From assembly GCA_963809485.1 (NCBI GenBank), contig CAWEJX010000010.1, positions 1 through 64,000 on the forward strand: a DNA stretch of 64,000 nt. Direction: 5' to 3'. How positions within the stretch are numbered: position 1 is the first letter of the stretch; each line of letters opens with the position of its first letter. Position numbers and translations under genes: made by a program. The DNA comes from an uncultured Acidobacteriota bacterium (GTDB lineage Bacteria > Acidobacteriota > UBA6911). Below are positions 1 through 13,091 of the stretch, piece by piece. The notes below the pieces were generated by a model. It made no database searches. It worked only from the letters and a program-made list of their open reading frames with translations, and was not told where the DNA came from.

Positions 1-734
1 TTGGAAGAACCCGCTCCTCGCGAATAAGGAGGGCAAGCCGTTGATCTCGGTCTGGCAGGAACAAGCTGCGCGGCCTGGGCGGCGTGTGGGCACGCGAGAA
101 CACCCGCGAGGCGATCTGGGACGCGCTGAAGCGCAAGGAGGTCTACGCCACCACGGGCGACCGGCCGGTCGTGCGCGTGTTCGCGGGTTGGGACTTCGTG
201 CCGGCGGACCTCGGTCGCCCCGACTTCGCGGCAAACGGCTACGCCCATGGCGTGCCGATGGGCGGCAATCTCAGCAAGGCGCCGGCCGGCAAGCGGCCAG
301 TCTTCGTGGTCTACGCGCTGCGCGATCCGGACGGCCCCAACCTCGACCGCATCCAGATCGTCAAGGGCTGGCTCGGCAAGGACGGCAAGACGCAGGAGCG
401 CATCTTCGACGTGGCGGTCTCCGGCGGGCGCAAGATCGGCCCGGACGGCCGCTGCAAGACTCCGGTGGGCAACACGGTGGACGTGGCGAACGCGACCTAC
501 ACCAACACCATCGGCGCCGCGCTGCTGTCGGCGTACTGGAAGGACCCGACGTTCGACGCCACGCAGCGCGCGTTCTACTACGTGCGCGTCATCCAGATCC
601 CGTCGCCGCGCTGGACCGCCTACGACCAGAAGCGCTTACGGCATCAAGATGGCCGACTACGTGCCGATGACGGTCACCGACCGCGCCTATACGTCGCCCG
701 TCTGGTATTCGCCGGCCAACGTAGGCTTGGCTGA
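1..734 (+). CDS. DUF3604 domain protein, C-terminal part (5' end outside window; frameshift near 3' end)
   Basis: WARENTREAIWDALKRKEVYATTG, FYYVRVIQIPSPRW and, in another frame, TDRAYTSPVWYSP are characteristic DUF3604 C-terminal motifs. Confidence 0.85.
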
Positions 735-738
735 CCTC

Positions 739-1616
739 ATGAAGAAATTCGCTGCACGAACCGCTGCTGCATTTCCTCCTGCTGGGGGCGGCGATCTTTG
801 CGGCCTACGGCCTGATGACCAAGGGCACCGGCGACGACCGGGGAAAGATCGTCGTCACGCAGGGCCAGATCGCGTCCATGACGGAGAGCTTCATCCGCAC
901 CCGGCAACGGCCGCCCACCCGCGAGGAGCTGGAGGGCCTGATCCGGGACCGGGTGCGGGAGGAAGTCTATTACCGCGAGGCGCTGGCGCTGGGCCTGGAC
1001 AAGGACGACCTCATCATCCGCCGCCGCCTGCAGCAGAAGATGGAATTCGTCTCCGACGGCCTCGCCGCGCCGGCGGAGCCGAGCGATGCGGAACTGCAGG
1101 CCTACCTGAAGGCGCATGCCGCCACGTTTGCCACCGAACCGCGATTCTCGTTTCGGCAGGTGTATCTCGATCCGCAACGCCACGGCGCGAACCTGGCGCG
1201 CGACGCCGAGCGCTTGCGGGTCGGCTTGAACCAGGCCGGCGCCAAGGCCAATCTCGCTCCGCATCGGCGATCCGATCCTGCTGGAGCACGAGATCAACAA
1301 TGCTTCGGCCCGCGAGGTGGCGAACCTGTTCGGCGAGAAGTTCGCGGCCGCATTGGGCAAGCTGCCGCCCGGTCAATGGCAGGGACCCGTCGAGTCGGGC
1401 TACGGCGCGCATGTCGTGTTTCTCGCCGAGCGCACGGAGGGCGGCGTGCCTGCGCTCGACAGACGTGCGCGAGGCCGTGCGCCGCGAGTGGACCAGACGC
1501 GCAGCAGCGTGAGGCGGCCGCCAGGTCCTACCAGGCGCTGCTGCGCAAGTACGCGGTGACCATCGAAGCGCCGTCGGCGGCGACCAACACGCTGGAACTC
1601 GGTGGCGGCGCGGTGA
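739..1616 (+). CDS. PpiC-type peptidyl-prolyl isomerase (rotamase_2-like), frameshifted
   Basis: Pieces across frames: EPLLHFLLLG, VREEVYYREALALGLDKDDLIIRRRLQQKMEF, FSFRQVYLDP, WQGPVESGYGAHVV; typical DUF3604 neighbour; TGA overlaps next ATG. Confidence 0.8.
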
Positions 1617-2472
1617 TGCGACGCCTGCTTCCTGCTGCTGGTGTGCCTGCTTGCCTTTGCGCCCGGCGCGTGGGCGCACGAGGTGCGGCCGGCCTATCTC
1701 GAATTGCGTCAGACCGGCCCGGACACCTACGACGTGCTCTGGAAAGTCCCCGCACTCGGCGACGACATGCGGCTCGGTATCTACGTGACGTTGCCGGAAG
1801 GCAGCATCAACCTGTCCGAGCCGCGCGGGGTGTTCGTCAATCACGCCTTCATCGAGCGCTGGACGGTGCAACGCGCCGGCGGGCTGACCGGCGGCACGAT
1901 CCACATCGACGGCCTCGGTGCGACCGCGATCGACGTGCTGGTGCGCGTGGAGCGGCTCGACGGCAGCACGCAGCTCGCCCGGCTCACGCCATCAGCGCCG
2001 TCGTTCGTGGTCGAAGCCACGCCCAGCAAGATCGAAGTGGTCCGCAGCTACCTGGCGCTGGGCATCGAACACATCCTGAGCGGCGTCGACCATCTGCTGT
2101 TCGTGCTCGCGCTGTTGATCATCACGCGGGGCTCGTGGCGGCTGATCAAGACGGTGACCGCCTTCACCGTCGCGCACAGCATCACGCTCAGTCTCGCGGC
2201 GCTCGGCTTCGTCCGCGTGCCGTCCGCGCCGGTCGAGGCCGTCATCGCGTTGAGCATCGTGTTCGTCGCGGCGGAGATCGTGCACAGCCGGCAAGGCCGG
2301 CCGGGTCTGACCGAGCGAGCGCCGTGGGTGGTCGCGTTCACGTTCGGCTTGCTGCACGGGTTCGGGTTCGCCGGCGCGTTGTCGGAGATCGGCCTGCCGC
2401 AGCTCGACATCCCGCTCGCGCTGTTCAGTTTCAACGTGGGCGTCGAGATCGGGCAATTGCTCTTCATCGCTG
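1616..2472 (+). CDS. HupE/UreJ family membrane protein, 3'-truncated at a junction
   Basis: AHEVRPAYLEL, GIEHILSGVDHLLF, TAFTVAHSITL, FGLLHGFGFAG, FNVGVEIGQL; the last expected helices are replaced by unrelated sequence after ~2472. Confidence 0.85.
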
Positions 2473-2720
2473 TTCATGGCGCCGATGTTCCTCAACATGG
2501 CAGGTGCCAACATCGACCAGGAACAGCTCAAGCCGATTCAGAAGGGCTCGCACTGCTGCCGGACCTGGCGAAGATCGTGGGCAAGTTCGACTTCCTGGAA
2601 GCGAACGTCACGGTCATCCAAGGCGGCGCTGAACCGGACAGCTACGCGAAACGATCCGTCACCGTGGTGCGTCCCGTCGAGGAGGGAACTGCTGAGGCAA
2701 AGGCCACGGACAACAAGTAG
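2473..2720 (+). pseudogene. C-terminal fragment of an unrelated hypothetical protein fused at the junction
   Basis: MAPMFLNMAGANIDQEQLKPIQK, then after an indel GLALLPDLAKIVGKFDFLEANVTVIQGG...; soluble character, unrelated to HupE. Confidence 0.5.
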
Positions 2721-2749
2721 TTTGGTCGTACACTTCTGTACTATGATTT

Positions 2750-2782
2750 GAAGCCCCCGGGCGCCTATCGCTCGGGGGCTTC
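2750..2782. terminator. GC-rich hairpin between convergent genes
   Basis: GAAGCCCCCGGGCG-cctat-CGCTCGGGGGCTTC inverted repeat. Confidence 0.6.
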
Positions 2783-2838
2783 GCACATGATGGCCCGTCA
2801 GATGTCTGTGATCGTTCACGCTGCCGGCGTGAATCAGG

Positions 2839-4469
2839 CTATTGCCCGGGACCGAAAGGTGCGTCGGGCGGCGGAACTTTCGCGCTGTCATCCGGTTTCT
2901 TCTGTTCGAGCCCGTCTTTCTCCAGCTGTCGCAGGGCATCGACGCCGAAGCCTTCCGCGGCGGCCGACTGACTTCTCGGCGATCAAGTCATTGCGGCCGA
3001 GGTGGACCTTCTTGTATTCATCTTCGGAGATGATGTAGTACCAGTCGGCGAAGCGCGCGTTCAGTTCCGCGATCTGCGTATTGGCCTTCTTGAGTTTCTC
3101 GTCGCGCTCGTCCTGCTTCCGCTGGTTCTCCTTGCGAATGCGCTCGCGCTCCAACTCCAGATCGGTCTTTTCTTCCTTGGGCTTCTTCCTTAGCTGTCTT
3201 CCTTCTTGGCCGCCTCGTCCCCGGCGGGTTTCGCTTCTTCCTTGGCGGCCTCCTGGGAGCCTGGTCGTCTCGCCGCCCGGGAGCGGATCGAGCTGCAGCG
3301 GCGGGAACTTGGATTCATCCAGCCGCGCGGTGACGAACAGGTAGCGATTGATCTTGCCTTCCTGCCCTTCTTGTGCGACGCTCGCGATCTCGCCAAAGCG
3401 CAACACGTACTCGACGCCATCCTTGAGACCGACGAGCACTTCGCCGTTGGCGGCGCGGATTTCCGGCACTCCGCCACCGATGTCCACCAGGTAGAAGCCG
3501 CGATTCATGAGCGATGTCTGGCTCTCTTCGTTGTTCATGAAGTCCGCACCGGCTTTGAGATCCGCACCCAGACCGGTCGGCTTGCGCAGCACGCCCACGA
3601 TCTTCATGTCACCCAGTGCGGTCTTCAGATCGTTGAGCTTCTGCGAGTTGAGTTCTTCCGTCGGCAACAATTCGGTGGGTTTCTTCTCGCCGTTACGGAA
3701 CTGGACCAGTTCATCGAGCACCCACTTGCTCTGATCGGAGTCCCAGGTGACTTGGGCTTCGAAGCGTTCCTCGATCTTTCCCCGCGGGCCAGCGAGCGTC
3801 TGGGTGGTGATGATCGAGTAGTCCTTCAACGTGACGCGATCGATATCCAGCGTGTTGATCTTCAGCAGGTTGCGTTCGATCCACTTCTCAAATTCCGTGG
3901 GGAACTTCTCCGGATCAATCTTCACGACGTACACGGGGGGCTGGCCCGGCTTGCGGACGAAATACTGGTCTTCGGTTCCCTTGACCCGCTTGCCGATGAT
4001 GAGTTTGGCAAGTTCCTTACCCTTGGCGTCCTTGACGGCGACGAGCAGTCCGACGCCTTCCTGGCTGGCTTCCAGTTTCTGTCGGTCCGGCTCAATCACG
4101 CCGTAGATCTGGTGGTCCTTGTTGTCGCTCGGAGGCGATGCCGAGCACCTGCAGGTCGATCAAGCTGGTGGCGGCGTCGCGCATCTGAGCTTCGGCGTCC
4201 GCCGGGTAGTTCGAGCTGGAGGGGATCGTCCAGAGACCGGACTCGCGTTGCGGACCACTTCGAATTCCGTCAGCTGACCGAGATCCTCGGAGAACTTTGG
4301 AGATCGCCAGTTCCGCTGCGGTACCGGGATTGGTGAAGTCCGCAAACATGGGTTTGCCGAGCAAATCGGGTGGCCGATAGTCCTCTTGTTTCGGGTAGGT
4401 GAACACGGCAGCCAACACCGCAACCACCGCCACGGCAGCAAAGATGACCGTCTTGACCGTCTCGGACAT
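2839..4469 (-). CDS. DUF4340 domain protein (Gld-ABC associated), frameshifted
   Basis: N-terminal anchor MSETVKTVIFAAVAVVAVLAAV; WTIPSSSNYPADA; YVLRFGEI; LNARFADWYYIISED; split over ORFs 4092-4547, 4160-4570 region and 2888-4099. Confidence 0.75.
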
Positions 4470-4573
4470 GCGTATACTCCTCGATAACTTCGAGAATTCG
4501 TGTGCTCTTGGTGTGTGGGAATCGCACCCCGCGCGCCCCGGGTCCATTCGCCGAGGCGCGCGGGATGCATTGG

Positions 4574-7554
4574 CTAACGCAATCGCGACTTCTCAATGCC
4601 TTCTCGTTCGCGCAGTCGCCGGCGGACGAAGACGACGAGTCCGACCAGGAACGGCGGAATCCAGGGGATGGCCACGGCCCAGAACTTGTAGAAGAACTGC
4701 ATCCGTTGGATCTCCAGGTCCACGTCGCGCTGGATCCGCTTGATGTCGCGTTCTCGTTCGCGCTCGAACCGCTGTTTCTGGATCCCCAGGCGGCGTTCGA
4801 GCACCTTCCGCTGTTCATCGAGTCGTTGGGCTTTCTCACGCAGTTCGGCCTGGTTGATCTCCTTGCCCTCGCGTCTGTTTGCTTCTGCAGATCGTCCACG
4901 ATCTGTCTGGAAGTCCTGGATCGTGCGTTCATTCTCCGCTTCCGCTTCCTGCACCGCCTTGTCGTACTTGGCCTGGAACTCCACGCGCTTGGCGAATTCG
5001 TTGTCACGTGCTTCCGCCACGCGTGCTTCGACCACCTTGAGCGTCGTGTAGCGCGGCTTGCGCTTGCGGATCGCGATGTAATCGGTTTCCGACGCCAGCA
5101 CGTCGATGGTATTCAGCAGGAACGTCACGTTCTCGAATTCCCACCGGATGTCCTCCTGCTCATCCGGCCGGGCACGGATGCGCAGGAAGGCGGGAATCAT
5201 CAGGTCGATGTCCGACACGTAGACCACCTTGATGTGACCGCTGGCGGGCTTGGCCGGGCTTCTGGTTTCTTGTCGGCGCGGCTCGCCGGCTGCGGCTCGT
5301 CCGACTTCTTCTGTCGCCTGCGGCCGTCAACCGTCTTTTCTGGGTGCTCGTCCGGTCTCGGTCGGCCGGTCGTTTTCCTCGCTCTCGATCAGGGCCGCCA
5401 GCGTCATGCTGCCGCGCCGCTGCTGCAGCGCGCGGAGCATGGCCGGATCGGCCTGGTGCTGCATCATCTGCTCGAAACCAATCGTGCCCGACAGCTCGCG
5501 CGTCGTGACCAGTTTGACGAACTTCAAGTCGCTGGCCGGCGGTCGGTCTGATCATGCCGGGGAAGGGGAGGAAGATCTCGTCCAGGCCGGAGGTGATGAC
5601 GCTGTCCGTGTTAATCAACCCCGCGGGTTCACCGGGTTCTTCCCGCACAAACACCCATTCGTCCGGAATCCCGCTCACCTGCAGCTTGGGGTACGGGTTG
5701 TAGCGCTGCCACACCAGATCCGGCGCAAACAATCCCTCTCTCGCCGACCGACCCTTGGGACTCGATGCCGATCACTTCCCACAGTTTCTGGATGTCGGCC
5801 TTGGGCATCGGACGCCCTCCCATGCCGAACATGCCGCCGGGCGCTTGCTTGGGTTGGCCGGTGCCGGGCACGCCGACCATGAACGCCGGCAGCGGATCTT
5901 CGAAGACGGCGGTGGGAATCCCGCTGCGGATCGCCTGCACGAGGAACTCCATGCCTTCCGGCGGCAGCGACGACGGCTGGACGGCCAACAGCACGTCGTA
6001 GCGACCTTCCGCCACGGGCTGGGTGAGGTCGACTTCCTCGACGTCGTACTGCTTCTCGAGTTCTTCAATGATGGCCTGCCGCGGCAGTTGGCGCGGCTGC
6101 CCGCCGGCGAACGTGAAGCCGCCGAACAGCTGCGCGTCGGTACGCACGACGCCGATGGTCTTCCGGTCGGTTTGTGAGACCGTATTGATGGAACGAATCA
6201 GCTCGTATTCCACCGGGATGCCATAGTCAAAGAAGGGCACGACCACCTTCTGCAGTCCGCAGCGAAACGCGGCGCCCAGGATGATCTCTTCGTCGGAAAT
6301 CGCTCCCCGCGAGCGGATGCGGATCTGTTCCGGACGAATGCCGTACTGCTCCTCCGCCAGCGCCGCCTGTTCGCTGAAGGGTTCCAGATTGTTGTGGATG
6401 TTGACGCGGATCTTGTCGCCTGCCATGGCCTCAAACTCCTTGAGCATCGAGACCAGGTTGAGACGCGTCTTGACGTACTGTTCGGGCACGTCACCGCTGA
6501 TGAAGGCGTCGATGTAGATCGTCTGTTCCGGCTTCAGCTCGCGGACCAGCCGCTTGGTGTCGGGCGACAACGAACTGATCCCGCCGTCGGTCATGTCGAA
6601 CCGGATGCGGTCGTGACCCGAGAAAAACGCGGCCACGCTCAGCGCCAGGACCACCATCGCGATCGAGCGGAGAAAATAGTGCCCGAGCAGCGAGTGTCCG
6701 TCCCGGCCACCATACCAGTGCCGCGCACCGATCAACAACATGCTCAGGTAGAGCCCCACCAGGATGATCAGCGCGAAATACACGATCGACGATAGACTGA
6801 TCACGCCGCGGCCAAACGGATCGAACTGCGAGGCAATGCTCCAGTCCGACACCAGCCGCGACAGATTGACGTTGGACAGAAACGGCAGATTCACCTTGCT
6901 GGGCAGCACGTCGGCCATCTTCATGAATACCAGGGGCATGTTGAAGATGAGCCCGAGGATGAAGCCGATGGTCAGGTTCTTCGTCAGGAACGAGGCGACC
7001 ATGCCAATCGAAATCATGGCCAGGCCGGTGAGCCAATATCCCAGGTAAGTCGTGAGAAACAGCCCCAAGTCGACATCGCCCATGGCCAGCGACAAGAGCA
7101 CCGTGAAGTTGGAAATCTGCGAGAACAGCAACGAAGCGGTGAAGATCGCGGCCGCCGCCAGGTACTTGCCAATCACAATGTCGAAGTCCCCGGCGGGGAG
7201 TGTCAGCAGCAATTCGTCGGTGCCTTGGCGGCGTTCCTCCGACCAGATGCTCATCGTAATCGCCGGGATGAAGACCAGCAGGATGCCGGGCAGGTACAAG
7301 TTCAACTGGTCGAGATTGGCCAGGTTCGCCGTGAAGAACTCGTGGGGCCAAAACGCGGCAAATGACGAGAGCAGGACGAACAAACAGAGAAACACGTAGC
7401 CGGTCGGATTGCTGAAATACCCGACAAAGTTCCGCTTCAGCACGGCGAATGCCGCGTGCTTATAGAGGAGCAGCGGGATCAACGCCAGCAAGAGCACACC
7501 GACGAACACAAGGTCAATCAGCAAGAGGAAAAGCAGCTCTTGAAATATTGCCAT
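4574..7554 (-). CDS. Fused GldF-like ABC-2 permease / GldG-like (GIFT) auxiliary protein, frameshifted
   Basis: YFSNPTGYVF, PAITMSIWSEERRQGTDELLLTLP, RFDMTDGGISSLSPDT, EYELIRSI, VYVSDIDL, C-terminal coiled coil plus TM helix. Confidence 0.8.
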
Positions 7555-7610
7555 GACTTCTACCTGGTGGATGGTTTTGATGCCGATGCTCTGACGACGG
7601 TCCCCCCCGA

Positions 7611-8355
7611 CTATCCCGCTCGCTTGGTCAAGCGAGCGAAGGCTGCGTCCAGTCCGTGTTTGTCGGGATCAAGATCCTTCACGGCACCGTCGTATTTCAA
7701 TTTGCCTTCGTCGATCAGGATGACCCGACTCGCCATGGCCTCGACTTCCTGCAGAATGTGGGTCGACAGCAGGACGGTCTTCTTCATGTCCCGCAGACGC
7801 TCCATCGTGCGCCGCACTTCGCGAATCTGGTTGGGATCGAGGCCCACGGTCGGTTCGTCCAGGATCAAAACGTCGGGTTCATGGAGCAGCGCCTGGGCCA
7901 TTCCCGCGCGCTGCCGATAACCCTTCGACAGCTTGCTGATCGGTTTGTGGATCACGTTGCCCAACGCACACAGCTCAATCACCGCTTCAATGCCTCGCTT
8001 GCTTGTCGGCACGCGTCATGCCGCGGGCCGCGGCAAAGAACTCCAACAAACTGAAGGGAGTCATGTCGGGGTAGAGCGGACCGTTTTCGGGCAGATAGCC
8101 GAGCCGCGCCGAGCCGGCTAACCGATCCTCCTGCATGTGGTGACCCGCAATGCGGGCCGCGCCAGCCGAGGGGGACAAGTAGCCCGTTAACAGTTTCATC
8201 GTCGTGCTCTTGCCCGCTCCGTTCGGGCCGAGAAAGGCGACAACTTCGCCCTCGGAGACCTCGAAAGTGACGTCCTTGATGGCGGCAAATGGCCCGTAAA
8301 ACTTCGACAGGCCAAGGGCTTCGATCATCGGGGTTTTGTTCTTCTGGTCGCTCAT
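7611..8355 (-). CDS. ABC transporter ATP-binding protein (GldA-like), one frameshift near 8010
   Basis: Walker [18 protein letters not shown] signature, Walker [18 protein letters not shown]. Confidence 0.9.
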
Positions 8356-8706
8356 CCTGCGTTCTCGTCGGAGTTGCGCTTGGCTACTGAACATCTGCAC
8401 CATGTGCCGCAAGAGTGCCGGGAGGCAATTTCAACGCGGCACCACTGGGAAGGTATGCGCTCCAGCCACGATGTGTGCGGGAGCGGTTGCGCAGAACCGG
8501 TCAAGTATCGATATACGGCGTAGTCGGCCTCCCGGTTCGTCCAATGCGCACCCAGACTGTGTCAATTTAGGCTGCAATGATGCCGCGTTCAACCGAGGGT
8601 CCGCAATTTCCCGTTCGTGGACCAGGTGCGTGGCCGCGGCAGCTTGCCGTAGTCGTCCCTACCGCCGCCACCCCGTTGCGGGCGGCATCTCACGACCTGC
8701 GCACCC

Positions 8707-10406
8707 TCACGACCAGAGATCTGGAAGCTGCGGCAAGGTGCCGCGGTCCGCATCAGACCACAGAGCGTCCGAGCCCGGTGCCAGGTTCAAACGACGGAGG
8801 TCGCACGCACGCACGCTCAGGTGCCGATTCCACCGTTGGTTGTCCATGTCGCGAAAATCGGTCCGCAGGTGAACGCCGCGCGATTCCTCGCGAGCCAGTG
8901 CCGAGCGCACGATGAGGCGGGCCACTGTGAGCATGTTCTGCAGCTCCCATCCGTGCGGTTCGCTGAACTGCCTCACCAGGACATACCGGCACCACCGGTC
9001 AATCATTTCCAGGGCCTGGATCATGTGGTCGGCACTGCGGCGCACGCCGACATTCCGCCACATGAGACTGGTCAGCGAATTGCGGATGTCCGCCAGGTCG
9101 AGCGATTTTCGGGGCTCATCCACGGGGCTGTTTTCCAGCGGCAGCGCGCGGAAGAGATCGTCCGTCTGCTGGGCGGCCACGGATGCCTCGCGACCCGCGT
9201 GAGCGCCGAACACGAGCGCCTCAAGCAGGCTGTTGGAGGCCAGGCGATTGGCTCCGTGCAAGCCACTCGACGTCGCCTCGCCGGCCGCCCACAGCCCGGG
9301 GAGCGACGTGCGGCCATCGGCGTCGACCGTGACCCCGCCGAGCATGTAATGAGCTCCCGGACGCACGGGGATGCGGTCGGTGGTGATGTCGATGCCAAAC
9401 TCTTGACACTTCGCGGCGATCCCCGGGAAACCGGCCCTTGACGAACTGGGGATCCAGGTGCGTCATGTCGAGGTACACGCACGGATGAGCCGTCTTCTCC
9501 ATCTGGGTGACGATGGCCTGCGCGACGACATCACGGGGAGCCAGCTCCACCCGTGCGTCGTAGTCGGACATGAAGCGATAACCCGACTCGGTCCACGAGG
9601 CACGCACCCTCGCCGCGCAATGCCTCGGTCATCAGGCTGCGGCTGCTCCCGGCGATGTACAGCACGGTGGGATGGAACTGCACGAACTCCATGTCCCGCA
9701 GTTCCACGCCGGCCCGGTAGGCCATGGCGTGTCCGTCGCCGGTCGCGACCAGCGGATTCGTCGATTCGCGATAGATCTGACCGGTGCCGCCGGTGCACAG
9801 GATGGTCTGTTTGGCCCACACCAGGGTCAGGCCGTATTGGTGGTCGTTGACCAGCGCGCCGCAGCAAACACCGTCATGAGTCAGCAGGTCGAGCGTGAAC
9901 GTGTGCTGGCGAATGTGGACATTCCTCAGCCGGCTGGTCCAGCAGATCATGGCCCGCATGATTTCCCGGCCGGTGGCGTCCCCCATGGCGTGCGCGATCC
10001 GACTGCAACCGTGCCCCCCCTCACGCCCCAATTCCAGTTCGCCCGACTGCATATCGAAGTTGGCTCCCCAGCGAATCAGTTCCTGGATGCGGTCGGGAGC
10101 TTCGCGCACGACCATGGAGACGATGTCTGCGGCACACAGTTCTCCGCCGGCCGCCAAGGTGTCGGCCACGTGCGCATCGAAAGTGTCCTGGGGATCCAGG
10201 ACGCCCGCAATGCCGCCTTGCGCATAGCTGCTGGCGGACTCGTCGATGCGGTCCTTGGTAAGGACCAGCACCGACAACCGGGGATCGACGGCAATCGCGG
10301 ACCGCAAACCGGCCAGTCCCGCGCCAATGATCAAGACGTCTGTGAAGAAGTGGGGAATTTGCTTCGGGTGAAACGGCACCAGATACCGATGTGGTTCATG
10401 ATTCAC
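8707..10406 (-). CDS. nadB: L-aspartate oxidase, frameshifted
   Basis: IGAGLAGL, SSYAQGGIA, REGGH, EFVQFHPT, ELAPRDVVA, AHYMLGG, GLHGANRLASNSLLE, REESRGVHLR; exact 3' end uncertain. Confidence 0.9.
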
Positions 10407-11935
10407 GGCCTGTGCGCACCTCCGTCGCCTGGTCCCCGTGCTTTGCCCTTCTTGTAAGCGTTGAATTGTTCCAGAAATTCAGCCGGAGGGATACGCCGCT
10501 GGCCCAGATCGCGTTGGCCGCCGGGTCGATCGTTTGTCGAGTTGCCGCTGCGACGCTCGGAGTCCGTCGCGCGCAAACCCAGACTGCGGAGCGCATCCTC
10601 GAGATCGGCCTGGGCCGTGGGCCCCTCTTCGCGTGCCGCCCGTTTGAGTTCTTCCCAGCGCGTGACGAACCGCTGCAGTTCTTCCTTGGTCCAACCGAGC
10701 GACTTGAGCAGTTCAGGATCGGGATCCTGCTGCTGGTCTTTCAGTCGCTCCAGCACGAGATCGGTTGCCTTGCGCGCGTAATCCAGGTTGGCCTCGTCGG
10801 CGCCGGGAAGCAGGCTCGGGCGCAGTCTGCGGCGCGGTCGGGACATCGTCACCGGGCAGTCCGCCACCTTGCGGCGGTCCGCTGCTCGTGCCCCCGCTGC
10901 TGTCGTTCTTCTCGGGCTGTGACGGTTGTGCCTGGGGATCTTGCGAGTTCTGACCAGCAGTCGGTTGCGTGCCAGGATTCTGCGGCGGCGCGCCTTGCTG
11001 CGTCAGCTCTTGTCCCTGCGAAGTATCCCGCGGTCTGACTGCCTGAACCGGGGCTCCTGACCCGCTGGCCGGTCGCCTCGGAGCCAACTGTTGTCACCGC
11101 GCGATCGGCCGTTTCACCTGACCCGATCAGGCGACCCGGCATTCCTTGCTCGGACGACATGTTGCTGCCGGACTATCGCGCCGGCTGATTTGCCGATTGA
11201 CCCCTCCTGTTCGCCACCGCCACTCTCGTCGCCGCCATTCTCCCTGCGAATCGGATTGGTGCTGCTCATGCTCGGTCTTGCGGCGCCGTATCGTCGGGTT
11301 TCGTACCTTGTCGCGGTTCGGTCCTGGTGATTTGTCTCGGTCTCGTTGGCCTTGCGAACTGGGAGTTCCTTCCGCGCTGTCACTCGACTCGCCGCTGCCC
11401 GCGGTCCCTTCGTCGCCCATTCCTGCCTGCTTATCGAGAGGCCCCGTATCGGGATTCTGTGTTGCCTCAGATCCTTCCACGTCCTTGGGCGTCTGGGGAC
11501 CGATCGACTGTTGACCGGAACCGTCGCGCGGATCGCTGTTCTCACCTTGTCCCGCGGCATCTTGAGCCGACTGGCCCGGCCGCTCGACGGTGTCGGCCGT
11601 TGCCTTGCTCGGACGACGGCTGCGGCTGATCGGCTGGGTTGGCCGCTGAATCGGCGGGCTGACGCGACTCTGGTGCAGCGGCGTCGGGATTCGGCTTGGC
11701 CAACGGATCGCGCGGAGATTGTGTCGCAGCGTTTGTCGACTTCTCGAAATGCTGCATCGCTCGTTGGAAGGCCTCGCCGTCATGCAACGGTTCCGCATTC
11801 TTACCGGATGCAGTGCCGTCCTCCTGTCCGCTCTGTCCACCATCAGCGGCCGTATCACTGCCGCCCCTCGCATCCGCACCGGCTTGGGGTGTGCCGGCTC
11901 CCGGCGTCGGTTCCTGGGCACCATTGGAAGATGGA
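10403..11935 (-). CDS. Low-complexity Q/S/G/P-rich hypothetical protein with structured C-terminus; 5'-truncated and frameshifted
   Basis: C-terminal DEANLDYARKATDLVLERLKDQ...LGWTKEELQRFVTRWEELKR...LRSLGL preceded by a long disordered linker; stop overlaps the nadB start. Confidence 0.6.
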
Positions 11936-13091
11936 TTTCGGCGCGCAGTCATCTTTCGGTCGTTGGTGATGTAGAAAAAATACCTCACCTCGTCGAACAA
12001 CCGGTTCTCACCCTTTTCAACGGTGAGGTTTTTCCGAACGACGACCATCCGGTATGTCTTGCGTGCAATGGATGGGCCGGTAGTCGAATTCGGCGACTTG
12101 TTCGCTTTGGAGGCGGATGTTTTTGAACTCTCTTTCTTTGACTACCTTTCCTTAACGTTTTCCGGACGCTCCCGCTCTTCGGTTTTAACCTCATAGCGCG
12201 CAGGCCGTTGGAGCGGCTTCCAGAGGCTTTTGGGCAGGGCATCCGCCATCTCGACAAGGTTCGGCTTGGCATCATACCCAAAGACAAATCCGACCCTTTC
12301 GTCCCAACGGTCGAAGTTGTGGGTGAGAGAAAAATCGGTATCTCCCCGGAGCCATACCTTTTTGAAAACAGGAGTGACCCGATCGATCGCCAGATCCATC
12401 CATTCGGCAGCTCCATCGGAAGAAGGGCGGCTGCCCGGCCGGTTCACGAGATAAAGAACCTCGTTGGTGTTGGCCAGAGTCACGATCAGCGGCGCGTATC
12501 CCCAGATCCCGTTATAGGCAATGTCCATCCCCTCCTTGCATTCGCCCGTGGTCCCGGCAATGGTGCCGTCGACATCGATAGATGGCTTCCTTGCGGAAGG
12601 AAGAGTCCTGCAACTCCCAGACTTTCGCTCTCGTTTCGTTGATCGTTTCCTGCAGAGCCAAGATCCAGGTCTCATCCTCAAAACGGCGCAGAAAATCTCC
12701 GGCCGTTGTCGGATCCGGAATCCTTTCGGCGTCGAGCGCGTTCATGTAGGTTTCATCGTTGCGCAATCGCTCGATGTCTTCCAGAGCAGGTGCCGCCGGT
12801 GAGGACGTTGTAGGCGATATTCAGAACATGATCCGATTCCCAGTAAGGCACATGGACCTTCAGCAGCACGATGTTTTTGTTGATCGCCCTGTCCAATCCC
12901 AGTTTGCACACCAGTTTGTGCAGGGCGCCGATTCCACCGAAACCGATTGCCCGGGTTCTTTCGGCAATCTGATAGTGGATGTTGGAGTCTTTGAACATGG
13001 AATCGGGCTGGTCTTCATACTGCTTTCTCACCAATCGGGTGTCGAGATTTTGCTTGTCACGGAGGTAGATTTTGTGGTCTCTTTTATTCAC
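11936..13091 (-). pseudogene. IS1380 DDE transposase, frameshifted and truncated
   Basis: PYWESDHVLNIAYN, RIPDPTTAGDFLRRF, IDVDGT, GYAPLIVTLANT, WLRGDTDFS, YFFYITND; breaks off before the expected C-terminal catalytic Glu region. Confidence 0.85.

Noticed and set aside
1641-2720. HupE/UreJ with a novel C-terminal domain
   Set aside because: The tail replaces expected helices and has its own indel; better explained as a chimeric junction
3206-5551. Long antisense ORFs (3206-4336, 4502-5551 and similar elsewhere)
   Set aside because: Shadow ORFs typical of GC-rich coding DNA; no motifs
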